From Candidatus Omnitrophota bacterium (GTDB lineage Bacteria > Omnitrophota > Gorgyraeia > Duberdicusellales > 4484-171): a stretch of 64,000 bases of DNA. This document shows positions 28,049 through 36,333 of the stretch, in pieces; position 1 is the first letter of the stretch, and each line of letters opens with the position of its first letter. The DNA lies in the NCBI GenBank assembly GCA_021735445.1, contig JAIPHA010000001.1, forward strand, positions 24,396 to 88,395, in the 5' to 3' direction. Below the pieces are notes generated by a model. It was not told the DNA's origin. It did no database searches and saw only the letters and a program-made list of their open reading frames with translations. A program made the translations under genes and the position numbers.

Positions 28049-29128
28049 ATGAAAGTTTTCCGGCGTCAATACTCTTTAAAAGAATTACTAATTTTTAAAA
28101 AATCATTAGTAAAGCTGCTTTTGAACCCTAAAAAAATAATTAATTTTATAATGGTTCAGGTGTCGCGTGTTTTTAAACTTAAAAAATGCTTGGGGCTGCC
28201 TTTTAATGTTTTAATAGAGCCTATTGCCGAATGTAATTATCAATGTATAAAGTGTGAAAAATTTTCCGATGTTTATAGAAATGACGGCCCTAAAGGCGGC
28301 ATTAAAGCTATGAATATTTTATTATACCGCAAGATCATTGATGAGATAGGAGATACTTTAATTTCGCTGCGCCTTTGGAATCAAGGGGAGCCATTAATGA
28401 ATGGTGCTATTTTTGAGATGATTAAATACGCCAAAAAGAAGGATGTCGTAGTCGCTGTAAGTTCTAACTTAGCGCTTTTGACCCAAGATAGGGCAAAAAG
28501 CATAGTTCAATCAGGATTAGATTATTTAATTGTTTCTTTTGACGGAGCTACCCGACAAAGCTATAAATTCCATCATGGCATTGATTGTTTCAAGAGAGTT
28601 TTAGATAATATCAGAATGATAGTTGATTTTAAGAAAAAAACAAATTCTTTTCTTCCCCTGATCGAGCTTCAGTTTATCGTTATGAAGGAAAACGAAAAAG
28701 ATATTAATAAAATGGCAGAAATAGCAAAAGAGTTGCATTTAGATAAGCTCACTTTTTTAAGGTTAGATACAACTTATATTAATTTTAACAAGTTTAAAAA
28801 TATTTCTTCTAAAAAGGATCTATTGCCGGATAACCGAAATTACAGGCTTGATATGGGTAAGATTAATGCTTTAAAAAGATGCAGGATTGCCTGGGAAGAA
28901 ACCTTAATCCGTTATTCGGGGTTGGTTTTGCCTTGCGCTACAGATTTAGGCCAAAAGCATAAGCTGGGCAGAGTATCTGAAAATGGAAAATATTTAGGAT
29001 TTAAGAAGTTATGGAATAATCATAACTACCAAAAATTCCGGCAAGAAGCCGGAAGCAAGGCGGATATCTGCCACAATTGCGCTAAAAGGGATAATAACAT
29101 CAAAGACCAAATAATTTTTAACAAGTAA
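28049..29128 (+). CDS. radical SAM protein with SPASM/twitch-like C-terminus
   Basis: CNYQCIKC, WNQGEPLM, and C-terminal CRIAW...LPCATD...CHNCAKRD. Confidence 0.65.
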   Translation: MKVFRRQYSLKELLIFKKSLVKLLLNPKKIINFIMVQVSRVFKLKKCLGLPFNVLIEPIAECNYQCIKCEKFSDVYRNDGPKGGIKAMNILLYRKIIDEIGDTLISLRLWNQGEPLMNGAIFEMIKYAKKKDVVVAVSSNLALLTQDRAKSIVQSGLDYLIVSFDGATRQSYKFHHGIDCFKRVLDNIRMIVDFKKKTNSFLPLIELQFIVMKENEKDINKMAEIAKELHLDKLTFLRLDTTYINFNKFKNISSKKDLLPDNRNYRLDMGKINALKRCRIAWEETLIRYSGLVLPCATDLGQKHKLGRVSENGKYLGFKKLWNNHNYQKFRQEAGSKADICHNCAKRDNNIKDQIIFNK

Positions 29129-29138
29129 CATTATTAAA

Positions 29139-30584
29139 ATGAAAAAGATGGATAAAGATTTAGTAGGCCTTATTTTAGCTGCGGGAAGGAGTGAGAGGTT
29201 TTCTTGTGTTGGCAGAGATAAACCGAAGGTGCTCTTTAAGGTAGGGGGACGCAGATTATTGTTAAGAAATATTGAATTAATGCGGGATCAATTAAATATA
29301 AAATACATATATATTGTTGTCGGTTATGGCAAAGAGTCGATAATCAATTTGTGTGGCAAGGGGGATAAATTAGGGGTATCAATTAATTATATTGTAAATA
29401 ACAATTTATCAAAAGGGCTGGCCTATGGATTGTTTTTGCTTAAAGAGTATGTTAATAAACCTTTTTGTGTGTTGTTGGGGGATGAATTTTATTATCGCTC
29501 TAACCATGCAAAGCTAGTTGATTTTTTAGGAGATAATTTTTTAGGGATATGCGGGGTAAAAAAGCAGGCAGAAGAAAGGTTGATAAAAAAGAATTACTCT
29601 GTTGAAATAAAAAATAACAGGATTGATGCGCTTAGCGAAAAGCCACCTATAGTCAAAAATGACTATTTAGGCTGCGGAACTTTTTTATTTTCTCCGAAAA
29701 TATTTTTTTATATCGAAAAAGCCTTGAAGTTCAAGGTAGCCAAAAAGATTGAAATTGCCGATGTCTTAAATCTAGCGGCTCAGGAAGGGGAAATAATTTA
29801 TCCTTTTTTTATCAAGGGAGAATATGTTAATGTTAATAGCTTAGGTGATTTAAACAGCGCAAAACAAATCGTAAGGGGCAGAAAACATCAAAGCAGTAAG
29901 GTGAGCTTAATCATTCCCGCAGATAATGAGGCTGAAGCTATCGGGGCCGTTTTAGATGATTTTAAAGATAAAGTTGATGAAATAATAGTAGCGGATAATA
30001 ATTCTCTGGATAATACTGCCAGCATCGCAAAAGACAAGGGGGCTTGTGTATTTACCAATAACTATAGCGGATATGGCGCGGCGCTAAAGTTTGCCGCTCA
30101 AAAAGCCTCCGGCGATATTTTAGTATTTGTAGAAGCAGATGGTTCGTTTCGGTCTTATGATTTAGAGAAGATTTTAAAATGCCTTAAAAATTATGATATG
30201 GTGATTGGGACAAGGACTGCTAAGGCGGTTAGCATGAATATTTTTTTAAGATATGGAAATATCCTGATGGCAAGATTGGTAAAATTTTTGTGGAAAAAGC
30301 ATTTTCCGCCCCGACTTTCGGATGTCGGTTGTACCTATAGAGCCATATGGAAAAGTTCATATTTAGAAATATCTTCTGATTTAAAAACAGATGGGCCCGA
30401 ATTTTCTTTAGAAATGATGATTGAATCGATAAAAAATAGTTTTAAAATAAGAGAAATCCCCGTGAGTTATTTCGAGAGGCAGGGAGGAGTTTCTAAGCAT
30501 TCAAAGAATTTACTCGGGGTTATAAAAACGGCGATGAGGATGTTAAGGGTAATAGGCTTGAAAAAGATTAAACTTTTTAGATGA
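29139..30584 (+). CDS. bifunctional fusion: N-terminal sugar-phosphate nucleotidyltransferase-like domain and C-terminal GT2 glycosyltransferase
   Basis: N-terminal GLILAAGRSERF...KPKVLF (NTP-transferase G-x-G-x-R loop) and C-terminal VSLIIPADNEAEAI...IIVADNNSLDNT...GYGAALK (GT2 / Dpm1-like). Confidence 0.55.
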   Translation: MKKMDKDLVGLILAAGRSERFSCVGRDKPKVLFKVGGRRLLLRNIELMRDQLNIKYIYIVVGYGKESIINLCGKGDKLGVSINYIVNNNLSKGLAYGLFLLKEYVNKPFCVLLGDEFYYRSNHAKLVDFLGDNFLGICGVKKQAEERLIKKNYSVEIKNNRIDALSEKPPIVKNDYLGCGTFLFSPKIFFYIEKALKFKVAKKIEIADVLNLAAQEGEIIYPFFIKGEYVNVNSLGDLNSAKQIVRGRKHQSSKVSLIIPADNEAEAIGAVLDDFKDKVDEIIVADNNSLDNTASIAKDKGACVFTNNYSGYGAALKFAAQKASGDILVFVEADGSFRSYDLEKILKCLKNYDMVIGTRTAKAVSMNIFLRYGNILMARLVKFLWKKHFPPRLSDVGCTYRAIWKSSYLEISSDLKTDGPEFSLEMMIESIKNSFKIREIPVSYFERQGGVSKHSKNLLGVIKTAMRMLRVIGLKKIKLFR

Positions 30585-31936
30585 ATTCATTTATCCTAAA
30601 TTTAGAGAATTTGTGGCAAGACAGCGTAGCTATAATGCTAAGGTGGTTTATTGAAACTTATGATGCTGAATATTGGATTCCGGTGCTGATAAATGTTTAT
30701 AACAGTATTTTTGAAAGAATATTGTTATTTACCGGAATTTTTACGGTATGGACGGTTTATTTTTTCATTATAAGAAAGAATTCCCGCAGGATTAAAAATA
30801 TTATTGTTTTATATATTATTTTTTTATTTTTATCGGGCGGGATAATTTATTTTTCGGATATAAAATATTTTGTAGAAATTTTTCTTTTTAACGCTGTTTT
30901 TTATATATTTTTATCTTTTCCTATAAAAAAAACCAGTTTTTTATTAAATACTTTGCGGATTATTTTTATTTTTTTTCTTTCTGGGCTAATTGCTTTTAGC
31001 GCTTATCCATTGCCGCCTAAGGCGGTTCCTGAAATTAATTATAAAGCAAATGTTAGGAAGATAGCGGATGGGGATTTTTCTAAAATAGAACCAGATTGGG
31101 CCAAAAAAAGATTATTTATCTCTGGTTTTGAACAGCCGACTTTGCTTGAATACAACCCTAAACAGCAGAGTCTTGATAAAATACCGGCGCTTAAAACCGG
31201 TTATGCTCAATATCATAAGATAAATCAGAAAAAAAGGGAAATTTATCTCTATAATAAAGAGATTAAGAAGCTGGTAGTCTTTGACTTAGACACTTTTTCT
31301 CTAAAAAGGATGTCTTCGCCTATTCCGATGGCTGTTGGCGATAATTTTATTGAGTATGACAATAAAAATGAGCTTATATTTATCGAATCAGAGATGAATA
31401 AAAAAGGAGGGTATAAATTTGCAGCTTTAAATATGAGTAGCTTAGAAGTCGAGAAAAGATTTGATATCAATGGCTATTTATTGATGAATCCCGAAAAAGA
31501 CAAGCTGTACGCTTATAGCTACTTTTGGCTTAAAAACCCCTGCTTTTATCTGCTTGATACAGATAAATTAGAAATTGTAAAAAGAAAAAAAATAACAATG
31601 CCTATTTTAGAGTATGTTGTTTCAAATAAGTATAAAAAAATATATTGTAGTTCTCCTTTTGCCAGAAAAATAATAATTTTAGATATAGTTAGCTTAAATA
31701 GAATTGGTGTTATCAAAATACCGTTTGGGATGAGAATATTAACTATTGATAAAAAAAGAAACCTTCTTTTTGTGGGGGGGTTTTTAGACGGTAAAGTTCA
31801 TATGATTGATATCAAGACAAAAAAAACGTTAAAACGGTACAATGTGGGATTTTGGTTAAGAGATTTTTGCCTGGATTCAAAAAAAAGGATTCTGTATGTA
31901 GTTGGTAAATATGGGCTGTATCAAATTAATTATTAA
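30581..31936 (+). CDS. membrane-anchored protein with C-terminal beta-propeller-like (YVTN-type) repeats
   Basis: About four N-terminal TM helices, then repeated about 40-aa units (KLYAYSY..., KIYCSSPFARKIIILDI..., LLFVGGFLDGKVHMIDI..., ILYVVGKYGLYQI). Confidence 0.35.
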   Translation: MNSFILNLENLWQDSVAIMLRWFIETYDAEYWIPVLINVYNSIFERILLFTGIFTVWTVYFFIIRKNSRRIKNIIVLYIIFLFLSGGIIYFSDIKYFVEIFLFNAVFYIFLSFPIKKTSFLLNTLRIIFIFFLSGLIAFSAYPLPPKAVPEINYKANVRKIADGDFSKIEPDWAKKRLFISGFEQPTLLEYNPKQQSLDKIPALKTGYAQYHKINQKKREIYLYNKEIKKLVVFDLDTFSLKRMSSPIPMAVGDNFIEYDNKNELIFIESEMNKKGGYKFAALNMSSLEVEKRFDINGYLLMNPEKDKLYAYSYFWLKNPCFYLLDTDKLEIVKRKKITMPILEYVVSNKYKKIYCSSPFARKIIILDIVSLNRIGVIKIPFGMRILTIDKKRNLLFVGGFLDGKVHMIDIKTKKTLKRYNVGFWLRDFCLDSKKRILYVVGKYGLYQINY

Positions 31937-31980
31937 AATATTTTTCTAACCAGGGTTTAGATATTAAGGAGTTAAGGTAG

Positions 31981-32901
31981 GTGGCAATTGCAAAGAAAGG
32001 TTTGAATTATAAAGCGGCGTTAAGAGTTGTTTTTTCTGTTTCGATAACTTTTATTATCTTTTTTTTGATTTTTAGAAATGTTGATATAAAAGCGGTCAAA
32101 AGTTCGATAAGCAGGGCGGATTTATATCTTTTTTTGCTTGCGGCAATACTTTCTGTAATCGAGGCAGTTTTTTTAGCTTCTTTTAGGTGGAGGCTAATGT
32201 TAAGGAGGCTGGGTTATAAAATCGGCTTTAAAGAAGCTTTGGTTGTTGTGATCGGCTCAGAACCGGTTGGGAACTTTTTCCCTTTAAAAACCGGAGAATT
32301 TTTTAAAGTTTTATACCTAAGGCGTGCCCGGGGGGTTCCTGTAGCAAAAACTACGCTACTTGTTTTATGTGAACAGTTGTTGAATTTCTTGTCTTTATTT
32401 ATCTTTGTCATTTTAGGCGGGATTTTATCTCTTAAAGCGTTATTGTTTAACTTTTTTTTGATAAATACACCGATAGATAAAAGCGGCCTGAGGGGCAAGG
32501 CTAAAACTATCTGTAAAAAAATATCTAATTTTTTTAAAATAGAATACACAAACGCTATTAAGATATTTCAAGATAAGCAGATAATATTTTATTCTTTTTT
32601 GATATTTGCATTTGAATTGTTCATTGTCTACCTGTTAGCGGAATCTTTAGGGATATTTATCCCGGCGGTAAATATATTAGTTTTTGTCCCCTTGGTGGTG
32701 ATAGTAAGCAGCCTGCCTTTTACGGTTGCCGGTACGGGGATAAGAGAAGTTTCTCTATTGTTTTTTTTCGCTCAATTCGGTTCTCCGGAGGCTTTGCTGT
32801 CGCTAGGTTTATTGTATTCATTCGTTGAATATCTATTGCCTTTATTGATGGGCTTGTTATGGGTGGGCCGGTTCTGGAGAGGGATAGTTTTTAAAGATTA
32901 G
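31981..32901 (+). CDS. polytopic membrane protein, UPF0104/LPG-synthase-TM-like ('flippase-like') candidate
   Basis: 306 aa with about 8 TM helices and a GTG start after AAGGAG. Proteins of this type are commonly found next to GT2 genes, but no diagnostic motif was verified. Confidence 0.3.
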   Translation: MAIAKKGLNYKAALRVVFSVSITFIIFFLIFRNVDIKAVKSSISRADLYLFLLAAILSVIEAVFLASFRWRLMLRRLGYKIGFKEALVVVIGSEPVGNFFPLKTGEFFKVLYLRRARGVPVAKTTLLVLCEQLLNFLSLFIFVILGGILSLKALLFNFFLINTPIDKSGLRGKAKTICKKISNFFKIEYTNAIKIFQDKQIIFYSFLIFAFELFIVYLLAESLGIFIPAVNILVFVPLVVIVSSLPFTVAGTGIREVSLLFFFAQFGSPEALLSLGLLYSFVEYLLPLLMGLLWVGRFWRGIVFKD

Positions 32902-32930
32902 GCGCTAAAGATAAGGGTGGTTTTAAGAGA

Positions 32931-34286
32931 GTGGCAGAAAAAGTGTTATTGATTAATGCTCCGTCTGAAAATAGGTATTTTCCCGGGATGTTGCCTCCTT
33001 TGGGAGCTTTGTACCTAACTGCTGTTTTAAGAAAAAACTTAATAAGCACAGATTTCATTGATCTTAATCTTAGCCGGAATTGGATAAAAGAGTTAAGGGT
33101 ATCGATAAATTCATTTAAGCCCCGGTTGGTGGGGATATCTTCGAATATTTCCAATACCCGCCAGGCTTTAACGGCTGCTTTTATTATTAAATCGATAAAT
33201 AAAGATTTAATTGTATTTTTAGGAGGGCCAGGGCCTACGGCCAGGCTTGAGGATTATTTATCCGGTAGCATAGATTTTATAATTCCTTTTGAAGCAGAAA
33301 GGATAATAACTGATTTTGTGCGGGCGCAAGATAGAGGTTTAATTGAAGGGGTTATCCGATGCAATGATGGCCAAATAGTATCAGGGATGGAGAACCTAGA
33401 GAGAATGCCGGTAGAAAATCTCGATGATTTGCCTTTTCCGGCCTATGATTTGTTAGATATAAAAGGTTATTATGAAACTACTTATAAAAGGAGGCCGATT
33501 GTTTCGATGGTTACATCGAGAGGCTGTCCTTCTAATTGTATATTTTGTTCCCGAGCGGTATCAGGAAATAAATGGCGGGCCCGTTCTGCTGAAAATGTAG
33601 TCGATGAAATGGAATGGCTAAAAAAAGAAATCGGGGCCAGAGAAATAGCCATACAAGATGATAATTTTACTCTTGATCAGGAGAGAGCGCAAAAGATATG
33701 TGAATTAATAAAAAAGAGAAAATTAAACATATCTTGGCAATTAGATAATGGTGTCAGGGTAGACAAGTTGTCTAAAGATTTATTAGCCTTAATGAAGGAA
33801 TCCGGATGCTGGAAGATAGTTATTGCCCCTGAGGTCGGAGATAAAAAAGAAGCAAAATATATAAAAAAAGGCATATCCTTTAATAAATTTATGGAAGCAT
33901 CATCCTGGTGCAAAGAAATTGGTATGGTTTATCATGCCAATTTTATCATGGGGTTTCCTTTTCAAAATAAAGAGAGTTTAGAAAAACAGATAGATTTTGC
34001 TATAGAATTAGATCCTTTAATTGTTAGCTTTGCTAAGCTTACTGTTTTTCCCGGGACAGAATTGTTTGATAAAAAAAAGAAATATAAAAGAAGAGATACC
34101 TTTAATGATTTTTCTGACAAAAATAATCTTTTGGGAAAAATGTTTTGCAAAGCGCATTTTAACTTTTATTTCCGGCCCAGAAAGATAATTGAGATTATAA
34201 AAACAATAGGAATAAAATTGTTTATCAGAGGCGCTTTATTTGTAACGAGGGCCTTTTTTAGGGGGCAAGCTAATGGAAAAGTATAA
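32931..34286 (+). CDS. B12-binding-domain radical SAM protein
   Basis: An N-terminal Rossmann-like B12-binding region (VLLINAPSEN...LGALYL...LVGISS) followed by SRGCPSNCIFC. Confidence 0.7.
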   Translation: MAEKVLLINAPSENRYFPGMLPPLGALYLTAVLRKNLISTDFIDLNLSRNWIKELRVSINSFKPRLVGISSNISNTRQALTAAFIIKSINKDLIVFLGGPGPTARLEDYLSGSIDFIIPFEAERIITDFVRAQDRGLIEGVIRCNDGQIVSGMENLERMPVENLDDLPFPAYDLLDIKGYYETTYKRRPIVSMVTSRGCPSNCIFCSRAVSGNKWRARSAENVVDEMEWLKKEIGAREIAIQDDNFTLDQERAQKICELIKKRKLNISWQLDNGVRVDKLSKDLLALMKESGCWKIVIAPEVGDKKEAKYIKKGISFNKFMEASSWCKEIGMVYHANFIMGFPFQNKESLEKQIDFAIELDPLIVSFAKLTVFPGTELFDKKKKYKRRDTFNDFSDKNNLLGKMFCKAHFNFYFRPRKIIEIIKTIGIKLFIRGALFVTRAFFRGQANGKV

Positions 34287-35667
34287 CTTAACGCAACTTT
34301 CCGATATCAGCGATTTAGCGCAGCAAGAGGTTATTGGTTATTACAAAAAATATATAAATCCCGGGATTGCTTTCTTTTTAAAGGTGTTAGGGTTTGCTCA
34401 GCATAAAATTGTAAAATCCGAAGGGATGTACCTATACACCGAATCCGGGAAAAAGATAATGGACTTTTTAGGGGGGATGAGTGTTTTAAATCACGGCCAT
34501 AACCACCCCCGTATTTTAAAAGCCAGGCGAAATTTTAATAAAAATAAAAGGCTAGAGATTTGTAAGGCTTTTATCTCTCAATACCAGAGCGTGTTGGCTA
34601 AAAATTTGGCTGAAATTTTTCCGGAAAATTTACAATACTCTTTTTTTTGTAATAGCGGAGCCGAAGCTAATGAAGGGGCTTTAAAGATAGCTCTTTTGTA
34701 TCAGAGGACAAAAAGTAAGGATAAGGTGGTTTATACGGATTTAGGCTATCACGGGAAAACTTTTGCAACGATGTCGGTTTCGGGTTCTTTTTCCCGCCCG
34801 CATCGCGAACTTTTTAAACAAATTCCCGGTTGTATAGAAATTCCTTTTGGAGACATCGACACATTTGCTAAAATCAGCAAAGAGCGTAATGACTTAGCCG
34901 TAGTTATCCTGGAGGCAATTAAGGCTGATTTAGCTTTATTGCCTCCTCCGGGGTATTTAAAAGAACTTTATTCTTTGTGCCAAAAAAATGGTATTCTTTT
35001 GATTGTTGATGAAATTTTTGCCGGTTTCGGCCGGACCGGTAAGATGTTTTCTTTTGAATATGGCGATATTGTGCCGGATATAGTAACTTTTTCTAAATCT
35101 TTAGGCGGCGGCAAAGCATCGATAGCCGGTTATATAGTGAAGCCTCAAATATTTAAAAAAACATACGGGCAGTTAGGAAATTGCACTATTCATACTACAA
35201 CTTTTGGCGGATTGGGAGAGGAGTGCGCTACGGCTATCGAGGCTTTAAATATTATAAACGACGACGGGTTGGTAGAGAACGCGAGAGTTCAGGGTGAATA
35301 CTTGCTTTCCCAAATGAGATATTTGAAAGCGAAATACCCTCAATACATAAAAGAGGTAAGGTCTGTGGGCTTGTTGGGGACTTTTCAGTTTAGGAATTCT
35401 GCCGATATATTTGGGCCGGCTTTTTTAAAGAGAATCCCCGGCCTAAAAAAAGGGATGACTGGTTTATTTCCTGCGGCAGTGGCTTCTGAACTATTTAAAA
35501 AACATAATATCTTAATTTATAGCGGAGGCAAGGAAGATTATCTTCCGGTAAATCCTGCCTTAATCGTAAAAAGGGGCGAAATCGATTCTTTCATAAAAGC
35601 GATGGATGATGTTTTAGGAAGAAATATTTTTAATTTGGCAATGAAGTTAACTCTAAATGTGGTATAG
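34273..35667 (+). CDS. class III (AT-III) PLP-dependent aminotransferase
   Basis: DEIFAGFGRTGKMF and TFSKSLGGG (PLP lysine) are typical of the acetylornithine/GABA aminotransferase family. Confidence 0.8.
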   Translation: MEKYNLTQLSDISDLAQQEVIGYYKKYINPGIAFFLKVLGFAQHKIVKSEGMYLYTESGKKIMDFLGGMSVLNHGHNHPRILKARRNFNKNKRLEICKAFISQYQSVLAKNLAEIFPENLQYSFFCNSGAEANEGALKIALLYQRTKSKDKVVYTDLGYHGKTFATMSVSGSFSRPHRELFKQIPGCIEIPFGDIDTFAKISKERNDLAVVILEAIKADLALLPPPGYLKELYSLCQKNGILLIVDEIFAGFGRTGKMFSFEYGDIVPDIVTFSKSLGGGKASIAGYIVKPQIFKKTYGQLGNCTIHTTTFGGLGEECATAIEALNIINDDGLVENARVQGEYLLSQMRYLKAKYPQYIKEVRSVGLLGTFQFRNSADIFGPAFLKRIPGLKKGMTGLFPAAVASELFKKHNILIYSGGKEDYLPVNPALIVKRGEIDSFIKAMDDVLGRNIFNLAMKLTLNVV

Positions 35668-35696
35668 CGATTATACCTTAAAATGGGTGGTAAAAA

Positions 35697-36326
35697 ATGA
35701 AGGCTAGCAACAAGGGGCAAGTTATTGAAGGTTATTTTAAGAGAGGATCTGATTATGTTTTTGCGGTTATTTTGCTTTTTATCTTTTTTCCTTTTTTTAT
35801 AATTATTCCTTTGCTCCTAAAGTTTATCTGTCGGGATTCGCCATTATTTGTGCAAAAAAGGCTGGGCTATAAAGGTAAAGAGTTTAAAATGTATAAATTT
35901 AAAACAATGAAAGGGGGAGCAGCCTCCGGTGAGAAAAACCTTCAAATTGCGGAATTAGGCCAAAAGGCGAGATTCTATGATCACAAAGTCAATTCTGCAA
36001 TTACTCCTTTGGGAAGATTTTTAAGAAGATCCAGCTTAGACGAGCTGCCTCAATTATTTAATGTTTTAAGAGGGCAGATGAGCTTGGTGGGGCCGCGCCC
36101 TTTTATGCCCAATAAAGAGTTAAGGCAGGATCCTTTGTATGGGATTAGGTCTTCTAGACTGCCGGGGATAACCGGGCTGCCTCAGATAAAAGGCCGCGGC
36201 GATTTAACTATAAAAGAGTGGTTGCTGCTTGACGCAAGGTATGTGGATAATTGGTCTCTTTTTTTTGATTTTAAGATTATTCTTTTAACAGTTCCGGTGG
36301 TCTTGAGCAGAAAAGGCGCATATTGA
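35697..36326 (+). CDS. small PglC/WbaP-C-terminal-type priming phosphoglycosyltransferase (bacterial sugar transferase)
   Basis: One N-terminal re-entrant hydrophobic helix, YKFKTM, and RRSSLDELPQLFNVLRGQMSLVGPRP. Confidence 0.85.
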   Translation: MKASNKGQVIEGYFKRGSDYVFAVILLFIFFPFFIIIPLLLKFICRDSPLFVQKRLGYKGKEFKMYKFKTMKGGAASGEKNLQIAELGQKARFYDHKVNSAITPLGRFLRRSSLDELPQLFNVLRGQMSLVGPRPFMPNKELRQDPLYGIRSSRLPGITGLPQIKGRGDLTIKEWLLLDARYVDNWSLFFDFKIILLTVPVVLSRKGAY

Positions 36327-36333
36327 TGATTTT

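Noticed and set aside
20514-29128. Could the repetitive appearance of this region reflect a CRISPR array or non-coding repeat
   Set aside because: The repeats are at protein level only: paralogous genes of 1-1.5 kb. There are no short identical direct repeats with spacers.
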